Origin: Octopus vulgaris
Taxonomy: Eukaryota
Length of the DNA: 64,000 bases
Assembly (NCBI GenBank): GCA_951406725.2
Contig: OX597822.1
Span: forward strand, 81,840,001-81,904,000
Reading direction: 5' to 3'
The notes beneath the pieces were generated by a model, which saw only the letters and a list, made by a program, of their open reading frames with translations, had not been told where the DNA came from and searched no databases. Both the position numbers and the translations under genes were made by a program. Positions 11,611-24,917 of the stretch are shown one piece after another; position 1 is the stretch's first letter; the number at the start of each line of letters is the position of its first letter.

Positions 11611-14343
11611 GCAAAATTACATCGATGCTACCGCTACACCTCTCTATCCTTTCTCAAAACTTTGAATTAAATCCTTAAATCCTTAAAAATGTTTTAGCCC
11701 GAAGGCCGCGGCCATGCACCACCGCTGAAGTTTTTTTTTGTTTTGTATTTTACTATAGCCTTTAACTTGTAACTTTTCAACAGAAGCAGTAACTACACCA
11801 ATCTCACTAGTCCAAGGCCTGCGAAGGCCATAAGAACAGGCTCCCGCCTCCTCCTCCTCCTCCTCCTCCTCCTCCATCAGACTAATAGAAACGACAATAA
11901 CTAAAGTGGTATATTTGCCAGTTAGAGTTTAGATTTGTATCAGTGATATTTATGTGAATACGAATTCATAGAACAGTGTGTTTTGATGAAAAAGAGAAAG
12001 CTGATTGTGGTGTGTAGCAGAGAAGAACTGTAACTATTAATGAAAGATTAAAGCAACAATTTACAGCAACGATGTTCACGTAAATCAGATTTGAATTAAA
12101 ATAGTTTTTGGAAGTAGTGTTATATTAAGGAACGTTTATAAAACCTGTTGTGTGGTTCTTTTGTTTTGGGAATAAAATTCTTTTGTATAATGCATGTAGT
12201 GTGAACGGGAAGTGTTGTTAATATAAAAGTAGTGCAAAATTAACATGGAACAAAACTCAGTGGAATAGAGATACGGCAAATTGATATTTCGTTCAGCCAA
12301 AGCACATCTTGTATTTAGACGGAAACAAGAGTAGATAACGTTCTTTTAAAGAGGGAAAGAATAGCTTTGATTCTTTGTTTATGTAGCCAGTGCGTAACTG
12401 AAAGGTCGTGATCTCATTGAACCAATTAACAAGTGAAAAACAGAGAAAGACTAAAAACTAACCGCACAAGAGTCACTACAGAATAAATACTCCTGCAAGT
12501 GTGTGTTGGCTGATTGTATTATATATAGGGAGAGTTCACGAAAAAAACAAAACAAAAGACGAAGACATGTGGTGTACAAAACAAACAGATGTATTAGTAT
12601 AACGCTCAGTATTATATACATTTTAAGAATGAGCTAGAAGTATGGAATGTCATTGTCTTTAAGTCTAAAGTTAACTACGGGTTTTATAGAAGAATAATTT
12701 ACAGTGGTGAGGGAGGAAATGAGATAGACATTGCAGTAGGCAGGTAAGAAGGCGCCCACATACACCGAGGTGGCTGTATGATTGTGGAGTTCTTTCCCCA
12801 ACTACTTGTATACAGGTGGTTCAACCTGGGGTTAATATCTCCTGTAATTTCAAGTCGACCTATAGTTTGAGTGGAGACACAATTGCTGTGTGTGTTTGAG
12901 ATTTCTCCATTGTTCTTTTTGATTTCATTTACACAGACACAATTGTCATAGCTCTTATCAAATTATAAATTATTGAGCACGCTCAATAAAATAATATCTC
13001 GTTTTCTTTTCTCTTTTCTGTTTTACTATTTTTTTTTAGATGAACTGAGGTGTGTGTAGTGTAGGACAGTTTTATCTTTCACTTTTTGTGTATGTGTGTA
13101 AAAGGGACAGAAAAGATCTAAAAATTTAGAATGAAAGAGAGAGAGAGAGAGAGAGAGGGGTAAGCAGATAGACGGTTATAAGTAAAACAAACAAAATCTC
13201 ATGATAAGCAGGGAAATAAAAGAGAAAGACGAGGAGAGATGGAGCGTGAAACATTAGAGACATACCTTGAAACAGGAAAGAAGCAGTATGCAAGGGTGCC
13301 GAGAGAGAACGGGTGTGAGGAAGAAAAAGAGGAAATTGAAGATGGAAACAAAGGTAGATGTGTGTGTGTGTGTAAACTATAAGGAAGAAAATCTATAATA
13401 ATTAAAGAGGCAAAGAACTATTGGCCTAAGTGTTCAGAGGGAAACTGAGAGATGTAAATGGCGATAAAGAAGAAAGGCTATCGATTATATTTGAGAGAGA
13501 GAGAGAGAAGAAAGAAAGAAAGAAAGAGTGAAAAGAAGAAGACTGGTGATCTAAGAAAGAGATATCTTGAAGAAGCTTTCGGCTGTTCTCTTAAGTGAAC
13601 TGCCAGACTATTTAGGTTAAACAAAAATGAAAATAGAAAACTTAGATAACGAACCATTAAACAAGACGCAAGACAAGTGACCTAAGGTGTGTGTATTTGT
13701 ATGTATACGTATGGGAGTTTGTTGTAGTTTATGGTGCAACAAATAGCGCTATTTGGAATGGATGCACTTTATGTTTTATCTCTGCACCAAGTAAGGTTGA
13801 TCTCTTTAGCTTCTGGTATTTACAGGCCTTCATCAGAGGAAGAATACCTATTTTCTACTCATATAGAACTATAGCTTATAGAAATTTATGTTATATAAAA
13901 ACTCAAAACATAAACGACCCGCATCGCCCACATACCTCCCCCTATACCCATCGCCCCACGCAGATACGCTCCTATACACGAACGTAACATTCGATCTCTT
14001 CTCATAGAACCGCATTGCTACCCGGCCTCTAATATTCTTCTTACCGCCTTTTTCTATTTTTCGTTTTCCTGATGAAGGACGAACGTCCGAAACGTTAATT
14101 ACCATTTCCATTTACTTTCGTGCGTTAAGCTAATAGCACCCTTATTAAAATTTATCCCTCTTGCGTTTTCTTTCTTGTTTTCGAGGTGTGACTGAGAAGT
14201 ATTTTGCTTCCCAACCAGTTCTGGTTCTGGGCTCAGTCCCACTGCGTGACATCTTGGACAAGAGTCTCTTGCTATAGCCTCGGGTTAACCAAAGCCTTGT
14301 GAGTGGATTTCGGAGACGGAAATTGAAAGAAACCCGTCGTGAT

Positions 14344-14478
14344 AGGTGGTGTAGACAACAAACGCTCGGGAAGGGGAAAAGTCTTTAACGTTTCGAGCCT
14401 ACGCTCTTCCACAGAAAGAAACAAGGAGAGAAAATAAAGAATGTATAGTGGCTAGCTATCTATCATGGCGAACTACAC
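14344..14478 (-). mobile_element. Short repeat with hammerhead-like motif (related fragment at 12528-12610)
   Basis: GGTGT..AACAAAC..AACGCTC is shared with 12570-12608; minus strand reads UCUUU-CUGUGGA-A-GAGC(GUAG)GCUC-GAAAC-GUU-AAAGA. Confidence 0.5.
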
Positions 14479-14487
14479 GTTTTTTAA

Positions 14488-14525
<38 letters not shown>

Positions 14526-14542
14526 GCCCCCCTGACCCCTAT

Positions 14543-14896
14543 AGGCACAGGAGTGGCTGTGTGGTACGTAGCTTGCTTACCAACCACATGGTCCTGGGTT
14601 CAGTCACACTGCATGGCACCTTCGGCAAGCCTTGTGAGTGGATTTGGTAGACGGAAACTGAAAGAAGCCCGTCGTATATATATATATGTGTGTCTGTGTT
14701 TGTCCCCCCCCCCCCCCGACATCGCTTGACAACCGATGCTGGTGTGTTTACGTCCCCGTAACTTAGCGGTTCGGCAAAAGAGACCGATAGAATAAGTACT
14801 AGGCTTACAAAGAATAAGTCCTGGGGTCGATTTGCTCGACTAAAGGCTGTGCTCCAGCATGACCACAGTCAAATGACTGAAACAAGTAAAAGAGTA
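14543..14896 (+). mobile_element. SINE family B
   Basis: GGAGTGGCTGTGTGGTA A-box-like head, GGGTTCAGTC B-box-like motif, internal (TA)(TG)n, GACTGAAACAAGTAAAAGAG tail. Confidence 0.85.
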
Positions 14897-15376
14897 TGTA
14901 TGAAAAATTTGGAAGGCCGTTTGATGGGATTACCTTAGGTTTCCCGTCCATAAAGGGGTTTCGCTTTATGGCATATCGTCAGATCCCAAAAGACCTCTTA
15001 AAACAATTGAGGAGGGAATCCACATAAACCGGCCGTCCACATTTTTAATACATACTGCTCTACATCTTAGAATGTGCTTCTTCTTTTGGATTTATGTTTA
15101 TTATTTGTCGAACAACTAAGTTACAACCATAAACAAGCGTACATCGTCATAGATACTTGCGCGCGCGCATACACATCACAGGCTTCCATGTAGTTTCCGT
15201 TTACCATATTCCACTCACAAAGTATTGGTCGATCGAAAGCAATAGAAGACACATGCCCCAGGTGCCACGCAACAGGAATGAACCTGAAACCACGTGGTTG
15301 CAAAACAAACTTCTTAACCACACAACAGTGCCTTATTTTGCGTATGTGTTGAAGATAAGGGAATAATTAGGGGTGT

Positions 15377-15377
<1 letters not shown>

Positions 15378-15430
<53 letters not shown>
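15378..15430. repeat. (GA)n microsatellite
   Basis: Seen directly. Confidence 0.95.
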
Positions 15431-15433
<3 letters not shown>

Positions 15434-15779
15434 ACTGACTGAATATCTAGGCGTACGAACTATTTAGAGAAAAAAAAAACAGAAAGAAAAAGAGTCGCCG
15501 AGAGAAATGAATGGAAAGTAATTGAAATTTAACAATGAGTGAGAGTGAGAGATAGAGTGCAGCAGCGAGAAGCATTAGGTTAATAAGGAAGGGAAGAAGA
15601 TAGGGGGTGGGCAAAAGCATGGTTGTGTAAACGCTGACGAGAAAGGAATATTAAAGGGAAGGAGATGAGGCCGAGCGGGGGAGGAGGAGACATATAGATA
15701 TATATATGTATATTAGGAGGAGGAGGAGGAGAAAAGTTAATTCGAATCTAAAGAGAAGCTGCTGTAGAGTTTAGTTCTC

Positions 15780-16232
15780 TTGAGAAATGAATGGAGTGGC
15801 GAACTCACTCCTCATGAGCGAACCATTTCTGCTGTTCTTGCTCTACGTTACAATCAAACATTCTACTCATACCACACCCTTTACACACTTTTTCCTCTGT
15901 CCTCCTCCTCCTCCTTCGCTCTATTTCTCTCTCTCTCTCGCCCTCTCTCGCTCTCTGCGTATATGCCTGTCTACATCACTCTGATTCGTTTTCTCTCATT
16001 TAAACCTCGTATTTTTTAAACAGAAAAAAATCAAACATATCTATCTATCATTGTATCTCTATATAAATATATCTTTCTATCGGTATCAATCATTTTCCTT
16101 TTCCCGTTCGTTCCTGGCATTACTTTGACTTTGGCTCTTGTACCATTATTTTTTTTTCTCCCTCTCTTTGCGGTGGATGCAAATGCTATAAGCTTACATT
16201 TAAAGCTCTGCTATAGCCACCATTCTGGAAAC
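15780..16232 (+). promoter_or_regulatory. Probable promoter/5' UTR of host gene
   Basis: Transposon-free, CpG-retaining; switch from purine-rich to CT-rich tracts immediately upstream of the candidate ATG exon. Confidence 0.4.
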
Positions 16233-16271
16233 ATGTCGAGTCGAAGGCATAGCTCCAGATCGCGGGCACGG
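16233..16271 (+). CDS. Probable first coding exon (MSSRRHSSRSRAR), product unidentified
   Basis: AAACATG start context; 13 GC-rich codons; strong phase-0 donor CGG|GTGAGT at 16272; AT-rich intron-like sequence follows. Confidence 0.6.
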
Positions 16272-18409
16272 GTGAGTAAAGAAGAACTTAAAATAGACTT
16301 TTACTACTTTCTTTTGAGTAAATAACTTGGCCCAGCACGTGGATATTTTCACTTCAAGACTTATAGAATCTTTCTTTTTTCCTTCTTACTTCTCTCTCTT
16401 TCTTCTTTTCATTCATTCTTAGTTTTTCTGCATTTCTCGACCTTCTCTTGCTTTTTTTTCCGCCTTATTCCTTGCTTAAAATATGCGTTTATTATTTATA
16501 TGTAAACACACATTCTTCAAATGTAATCGTTTGTATATACACATACATAAATATATATATATATGGGGAAAATATTTACACACACACGCATGCATTTTGC
16601 TACCTGTATGCATGCGTATTGCTAAGGAATGTAAAATTCCTGTCAAATGTGTCTTCTCTGACGCTTCTATGTTTATTGATATTTTTATGAACAGTATAAT
16701 GTTACACACATACACACTCAATGTGATAAACATCTGATTTTTAAGTGGCGATATTAACTTTGGTGGCCGAATCTTCCGTATTTAAATTAATTTTGTACGT
16801 ATTTACTATGACTTAGAATGCGAACGGATCTCTGTGTGTCTGTATTTAAAGTATGGAATATCTACAAAAATGTAAATATTTCAACTCATTTGAGTGTTTA
16901 TTTTTATATACACACATGCATACATGGTGCACTTACGGTCTGTGTGTATGTTCATTTGTACAGATGCATTTTGTGTGTGTGTATTTCGTGTTCGTATATA
17001 TATATAATGGTTTTTCCTACTTAAGTCTCACATAGCGATTTGTAATATGTTTACTTCGTACAACGTACTTTGTAGCTTTCATGAATTTGTGTGTGTATGT
17101 TTCTAAGGATGTGCATTTATATATCTGCGTGTGCGTATGTGTGTAAATTTCTGTTTAGATGCGTGAAGACGGACACGCATTTGTCTGCATAACGTTTATT
17201 TGATATTTTAAGTGCAGCGTCGTCGTCTCAGAATGAAGGTGTCTTCGTCTATTGTACGTGTGTGTGTGTGTGTGTATATCTGTGCCTGTGAATTCTGATC
17301 TATGTATGCATCACGTCTCTTTCAGTGCGTGTGTGTGTGTAATGTTTACTCGATATTTTAAGTGCCTCAACATCTTCGATGAAAGATCTCAATCTCCATA
17401 ACGTGTTTGTTATGCGAGTTACGCGTCTGTAGGACTGGCTATGAATGCATTTGCGTGAGTGTGCCTGTATGTGTGTGTGTGTGGTTAAATACGCATGTTT
17501 AAACGTACGTGATTGAATATCAATCTCGTGCTTTATTGATTTTTCGCTTTTATATCGGCCTTGATCGAAGAGGCTGTATGATCGAAGTTGTTCCAACCGT
17601 GACCACTCAGTTTTCCTTTTTTGTTAAGATAGTGCATTTAGGGCCCCCGTTATCCCAATATCTTCTTAAAGATGGTCTTCTTTTCTTAAGATAATGGGAA
17701 TTTGGCTGCTATTTCTGGGAAGTTGAACGACTGCGTCTTGTGCTTTATTTCATATCGTAAACGCAAGAAAGCTATCACGTGAGGGACATTTTGCGCGCGC
17801 GTGTGTGTGTTTGCAGCTTGCAATGTTTACCTTCATATTAGGTTTCGCCTAGAAGTCTTTATTGCCAGAACGAATTGTGCAATTATCTATCTATCAATCT
17901 ATCTATCGTTATACTCTACTTTTGTTATTGAGTACATTTTTCTCTTGTTTGTAAACTAAAGTGAATATATACATGTGAATATATGAGTATTTATGTACAT
18001 GTGGTATATATTTGTAATTTTTGTGAATTTACATGTACATATGTATATATGTGTGTGTACACTGTATGTTGTTTAATCGTAAGTCTGTTTTGATGATACA
18101 GAGTGCTCAATACGCGAAAGCAGTTTATATAACTAACACAAAAAATATACACGCAAAAATACTCTTGGAAGTAAGAATATTAATATTTATTTTAATATCA
18201 ATATTCCGACGACCATATTTTGCGCGCGGAAAATGTGTGTGTGAAGGTGGGGTTGTTACAAAGACTAATAATATTTGCACGTGAAACCTATTTGTGTTTA
18301 TGTATGCGCATCCGTAGAAAACCCACGATGATATTCAAATTTACATTTGCGGCAACTTATACAAAAGGATACATTGAATACAGTGCGTTTCTCATTTAAT
18401 AATAATAAT

Positions 18410-18797
18410 TTTGGCACAAGGCCAACAATTTAAGGGAAGGGGTTAAAGTCGATTACATCGACCTCAGTACTCTACTGGGACTTATTTTATCGATACCGAA
18501 AGGGTGAAGGACAAAGTCGACCTCGGCGGAATTTGAACTCAGAACGTAGCGGCAGGCGAAATACCTATTTCTTTACTACCCACAAGGGGCGAAATACAGA
18601 GGGGACAAACAAGGACAGACAAACGTATTAAGCCGATTATATCGACCCCAGTGCGCAACTGGTACTTATTTAATCGACCCCGAAAGGATGAAAGGCAAAA
18701 TCGACCTCGGCGGAATTTGAACTCAGAACGTAACAGCAGACGAAATAACGTTAAGCGTTTCGCTCGGCGTGCTAACGACTCTGCCAGCTCGCCGCCT
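18410..18797 (-). mobile_element. SINE family A dimer
   Basis: Full monomer whose tail joins a headless monomer at AAATAG|GTATTTCG. Confidence 0.85.
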
Positions 18798-19004
18798 TAA
18801 TAATAATAATAACAACAATGATAATGATGAAAATAATATCTCTTTCGAATTTTGGTACAAGGCCAACAATTTTGGCGAAAGAGTGTTAATCGATTACATT
18901 GATCAGTAATTGATTGGTACTTTATTTTATCGACCACGAAAGAAAAAAGGCAAAGTTGACCTCAACAGGATTGGACTAAAGATGTATTCATCATAATTAT
19001 TGTC

Positions 19005-19373
19005 TGTTCTACTGGAGGCACAAGGCCTGAAATTTGTGGGGAGGGGACTAGTCGATTACATCGACACCAGTGTTTCACTGGTACTTACCGACCTCGAAGG
19101 AATTTGAACTTAGAACGTAGCGGCAATCGAAATACCTATTTCTATTTCTTTACTACCCACAAGGGGCTAAACACAGAGAGGACAAACAAGGACAGACAAA
19201 TGGATTAAGTCGATTATATCGACCCCAGTGCGTAACTGGTAATTGTTTAATCGACCCCGAAAGGATGAAAGGCAAAGTCGACCTCGGCGGAATTTGAACT
19301 CCGAACGTAACGGCAGACGAAATACCGCTCAGCATTTCGCCCGGCGTGCTAACATTTCTGCCAGCTCGCCGCC
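19005..19373 (-). mobile_element. SINE family A dimer
   Basis: Same junction as 18410-18797. Confidence 0.85.
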
Positions 19374-20022
19374 ATGATGATGATCACGATCATCATCATC
19401 ATCATCATCCTTTCTGCTATAGACACAACGTTTGAAATTTTGTTACGAGTTGTGTTAATCGAGGACACTGAATTCAGTGCTCAACTTCTACTCACTTTAT
19501 CGACCCCGAAAGATAAAGGACAAAATCGATCTCGGCAGAATTTGAACTCAGAACGCAAAGCCGGAAGAAATTCTGCTAAGCATTTCTTCCAGCTTCTTCT
19601 GAGTGCTGCCCGTTACGCACACTTCTCGGTATTCAGGTGCCGAGGCAGTGAAATTTTTGGTTCAATTGGGAACGGACAAAGAGATAGAGACAGACTGCTA
19701 AATATATTGGTAGATATGCGAAAAAGAGAGATGGTGTCCGTGTGTGTGTGTGTGTGTGTGTATTGAAGGTCAGCTCTGATAAAACATCTTTGGTAAAAAG
19801 CGCACTAGTTGCAACCAAGACATACATATAGCTGGCTTGTAAGTATCTAATATAGTATTTATCTCATGCTTCTTTCATTTCTTAGACAGTAGGGTATAGT
19901 TTGAGGAAATAACTGCGTAGATGCTCCCCTCTGGCTTGAGACCCCTTGTTGTGTAGCATGGCTGTAGACTCCTAGAAAACCGTTGGGATGTAATTTCGAT
20001 TCTCATTTGAATCATTTTAATA

Positions 20023-20483
20023 AATTCTATCCTTGTACAATTCTCTCTAGTTTTGACGGTTTTCTCTCTCTCTCTCTTTGTTTGGAACTCAACACAAACG
20101 AAAATCAGTCAGAAGTAATAACAAACCATCAAGGCAACACCACAAGGGTTTATTTTTATTATTATTGTCTGATTGTTTCTTCAGAGTAAAATGTGATATT
20201 TTCATTCACCCACAATGTAATTGAGCATATCAGCTCTGATCAAGAAGACCTATTCCAGTTCTGACCATCCTGTTTTATTTTCTGACAATATGTCAAGGAT
20301 TAGATTATCCACCACTTTTTTTTTAAAGATGATAATATCATGGTTTGAAGGAAATGATTTGCTATCTTTAGCAGATTGTGTGACCACGTAGAGGCTTCCT
20401 CGTTGGCGCATCTGTGTTGTGGCACCTTGGGCAAGTGTCTTCTATAGCCTTGAGCCGACCAAAGCCTTGTGGGTGTATTTGGT
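20023..20483 (+). repeat. Local duplication, copy 1 (copy 2 at 31356-31841)
   Basis: Long collinear near-identity, including repeat junctions. Confidence 0.85.
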
Positions 20484-21169
20484 AGATGAAAACAGAAAGA
20501 AGCCTGTCGTGTGTATCTGTGTGTGTGTATGTGAGTGTCACCATCTCTTGACAACCGGTGTTGGTGTTTGCATCCCTGGAATATAGCGGTTCGGCAAAAG
20601 AGACCGATAGAATATGTACCAGGCTTAAAAACAAAAAAAAGCCTTGTTCGACTAAAACCCTTCCAGGTGATGCTCCAGCATAGACGCAGTCGAATGACTG
20701 AAACCTGTAAGAGATAAAAGATAGATCAAAGACGTACCGTGGTAGGCAGTTCTTGTTTTTAATGCCTCAGTCAGAGTAAAGCAGCACCTATGACCCCCCA
20801 CTTTCGAGTTATTCGAAATTGGTGGAACTGACCTGCAAACCAGCGGTCTGGCCTCGTATTTCATGCAGCAGAGTGGACCTCGTTAAAAGCACCCAACGGC
20901 TAAGCTGTAGTGATGTTAAATTAGACGACGGCTTGAGCCTGTCACCCCGAAACTATATTTAATCTTAAATGTATGAATAAGGCGACGAGCTGGCAGAAAC
21001 ATTAGCACGCTGGACAAAACGCCCTTTGTCCGTTAATACGATCTTAGTTCGGGTTCCGCCGAGGTCAGCTTAGTCTATCATCATTATGAGATCGATGTTA
21101 TTAACTAACCCGTCCACTCGCTAAAAATTGTTGGTCTTGTGCGAAACTTTGAAACCACCATTAAATATA

Positions 21170-21355
21170 CAGTAGAACTTCGATTTTCGAACAACTTTGA
21201 TCACGAATAAATCGTACTTTATCTCCCGTCTTTCTCATATTCATTTAATACAGAAGTACTCGGTTTACGAACGCCTCTCATCATGAATAAATCGTGCCTT
21301 ATATAAAGCCCGATTTATTCGCGATCAGAGTTTTTCGAAGACCGAGGTACTACTG
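21170..21355. mobile_element. pogo/Tigger-like MITE
   Basis: TA|CAGTAGAACTTCG...CGAGGTACTACTG|TA; an extra internal left-TIR copy at about 21250. Confidence 0.75.
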
Positions 21356-22191
21356 TATATGAATCGAGTGATTTGTAATTCATTAAAAACTTGCACAGTG
21401 TATTCGTTCAAAGCTTTGTCCCGTTTGTACACCAGTACGTAGATTGACTTGTGTGTGAAAGGGAGACAGAGCGGGGGAGACTTGTTTGATAAACACAGGT
21501 CTAACCGAATATTTGAGAAGGGGACTTTACAACCATTATGGCTCAGCCAGTTTCGATTCTATTGCGTGGTCTTTTGGACACAAGACCACAATATCGTCCA
21601 ATATATTCTTTCTTCTTATGTGTAATTTGAGTGAGTTTTGGGTGTTATTTCTAGCAGGTTGAGCGACTGCTTAGAGATTCTCTCTTTTTTGTGTGTAAAT
21701 AGTTGAAGTGATCCAAGTATCGCACTTCACACTCCATTCTACTTAGTCCTCATAGGATGGGACTATGTCCATATCCTTTTTAAGGTGAGGTGTTTTAATC
21801 CTCAGATTATCTCTCAACAGATCAAAGCATTTTATCATTGGCAATCTCCCTTATGTCTTATTTAATTTTTGTTTTAGTTCGGCAGAGAGTAACATTGAGT
21901 ACATTGTCGAATGTATTCATCCAGTGAAATCCGGTGGAAATTTGACTGTTGCTTCTTGCAGATCGAGCGACTATATAAATCAAAAGCATAGGCAACCCCC
22001 TTTTTTTTAAGCGGGTCGCGTGAGGCATGGCTCATCATCTTGGAGGGCCGTACTACTAAAAAAAAAAGTTCAAGGTAATTTTTCGTTCGGTATACCATCC
22101 AGAGAGTTCCGCAGTTTGCCCATGACTCTTATAGATGTTTGTTCAATCTGTAACTAGATTTTGAGAGATTGTGGTGGAGGTGGTACTAGAC

Positions 22192-22345
22192 CAGTGCTCC
22201 ACAGCACACTGGTGTGTCACAGTGTAACTTGAATATAATTTTTTCCCCTATACTTTTAGCTATATTTTTCGTTCAGGTGTGCTGCCGAATTTTGAAAAGA
22301 ATATAAGTGAACACCGCAAGTGAAAAAAAAGGTTGCGAAGCACTG
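22192..22345. mobile_element. hAT-like MITE
   Basis: CAGTGCT..AGCACTG termini; imperfect 8-bp TSD TACTAGAC/TCCCAGAC. Confidence 0.6.
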
Positions 22346-23630
22346 TCCCAGACCATGGTGAGGCGGGGTTATTTCATGAGAATGATGTTTACTTCGAATT
22401 AAACTATACAAAGGTTTCTTGATTGAAATGGAAACTGAAAGTAAAGGAATGGGTGGGGCATAGCATCAAATTAAATTCTTTGTGAGGTTTAGTTAGGTTC
22501 CTGTACAATAAGAGGATAATTCAGGGAACTGTTATGCTCATGTGTAGAGGTAAACACCAACAAAAGAATATTTACATATTTTTTTAACCCTCAACTTGTC
22601 TGAAGCATTTTCATAAGTTTCTCCTACACGACCACGTTGAGTAGCGGGTTAATCTGGTGGCTGGAAAAAGAAATTGGCAATGAGTGTCATGTATTCTGCA
22701 TGGTCACCTGAGAAGTATGTTCTGTGCATCACTGGTGATACAGAAAACATGCAGAGGGCGGAGGTGGGTTGACACGAGCGTTGTTTATTTTTGGTTATTC
22801 AGGAATCAGAATTGGCAAATTGACGGAGGATGACTCGCAGGATTTGTTTCAGTTTCCTGAATTCAAATCCCTCCGATGCTAATTGCCTTTCATCCATTCG
22901 GGGTCGTAAAGAAGTGAAATCTCTCTCACTCTCTCACCAGACATAGAGAAGGGTTGGGCGAGACCCAGAAACCTTTCCTTAGAAAATGTTATATTATTGG
23001 AACTGCCATAGGATAGATATACAGGTGTGTTGTAGAGCACGGAACGGAAACAGGAACCACGACAACATTAGCAACCGCCACCACCTCCACGAGTGAATAG
23101 ATTTGAAGATAAGAACGATAGTTAGGTTTAACGTGCATATTTCATAATAAGTTATACGTAATACATCTGCTGTTGATCAGAGTTCAAACATTCGATTGCA
23201 GTGTGTGGGGGTGTGTGCGCACGTTCTGTTTTCTGAAAACCTGTAATATTTTCAGATAACCTATTTTAGAATCTTTTTAAAGCAATTGGTGATTTTCAAA
23301 TTTCAAGGTTTGTTTTATTCTGTGTAATCGTACGAGTACATAATGTTATCGTGTACCGTGGTATCTTTACAATGTCTAGAGATAACTATTGATAGTGTCC
23401 GACCTGCAGTGTAGAGATAATGGTCTGTCTACTCTCCGTCGGTACTTGCACTTTTCAAGTGCAATGAAATAGAATCAATTGTGTGTTGATGCTGTTTAGC
23501 GCCAGATCCGCCCTGATTATAAAAGAAATTAAAGCTGTGGATAGTCTTTCTTTTTGTCTTTTTTTTTTAGCAAGAACTTATAATATCCACTGTATCCTTG
23601 CTGTTTTAAAACGACAACTTATTTGGTATA

Positions 23631-23838
23631 CCTACACAAGTATTCCCCCACCCCTGCGACTTTTGTTTCCTCATAGCTTTTAATGAAATTTTCTTCAAAT
23701 TCCTTTAATTGATATTTATAGAATTGTAATCTACGGCAGCTGAAAGGTATTTGTAAGAAAATTTTATTTAAAAAATACCTATTTTTCTAAAAGTTATGAG
23801 GAAACGAAGTTGTAACAGGGTGAGCACACTTGTGTAGG
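23631..23838. mobile_element. Tc1/mariner-type MITE
   Basis: TA|CCTACACAAGT..CACCCTG and CAGGGTG..ACTTGTGTAGG|TA. Confidence 0.7.
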
Positions 23839-24682
23839 TATGTCTTCCGTGTTTAAAAAGAAAGAGCAGTCCAGAGCCCGCGCTCTCGATAAGCTCAAGA
23901 ACTTGGCCGGCCTTAAGTGTAACCTTTAAAAAAATTTCACGAGGTGGATGAAGTACAGCTGTTGGAATAGTGTTTATTACGATGTGTAATCTAAAGTCAA
24001 CAGTTCAAATACAGCATAAACATTTTAAATTCCTTAATATAACTAATGGAAAGGCTGACCTTGTGCCAAAATATGACCCTCCCCGAAAAATACTAAGGCA
24101 AAGAGAGACCATACCGACAGGCAATGATTTTAGTGCGTTTTTACAACAAATTAACGTTGAGTGGAGGATAGGTTGGTCAGAGAAGGTCCGAATGGTTCGC
24201 TGTTGATCTGGAGAACGATTTTTTTAAATAATAAATTAAAGAATGTTAACCAAAGAATCAAAGAATAGATGCTAAATAACATAACACTATCCTAAAACAT
24301 TTTTCTCGACTTTAAATGTTTTCATACCTTTATTCATACAATATAATTTTCTATTGACAAAATTGCCAAAGAATTTAATACTTTACGTCATAAACGAGCA
24401 TAGATATGATTTCTATAAACTTTAGCTTACGTAATAATCTTTACTCTTTCGCGATCATATAAGGTATCGAAAGTATTGTTTCTAAATGAAGATCATTGAT
24501 GTAGTGCGACATCCTATAACGTATGACTGATGGCTCTTGACGGCTTTCTGTCGTAAGCATTACGTTTCCTGGAAATACTTATTTCGCTGTATCCAGATTA
24601 GACGAGAGATCGCATCCGTTTATATCGCCTACGCAACAATCCCGTGAAGGGACTTTCTTTTTATTTCACTTCATTATTTTTA

Positions 24683-24917
24683 TTGGGTTGGTGCATAATA
24701 ATTGCGGCTTTAATTTCAACAAATTTTATTTAACAAAAACTATCATAACATGTAACAAAAATATCTTTAAATGTTTATTCCGAAGCATATTCACCATCTA
24801 CTTCCCATTTGCTTGGCAGACCGTCATTTAATGATTTTTTGTTAAATATTGTTATTTTTTTTGTTGAATAAAATTTGTTGAAAAAAAAAAAGCCGCAATA
24901 ATTATGCACCAACCCAA
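24683..24917 (-). mobile_element. mariner deletion derivative (MITE)
   Basis: TIRs TTGGGTTGGTGCATAAT.ATTGCGGC (Hsmar1/MADE1-like); TA TSDs; residual transposase end LPSKWEVDGEY on the minus strand. Confidence 0.85.

Noticed and set aside
21874-22098. 74-aa minus ORF, possibly a transposase end
   Set aside because: No diagnostic motif or TIR could be identified
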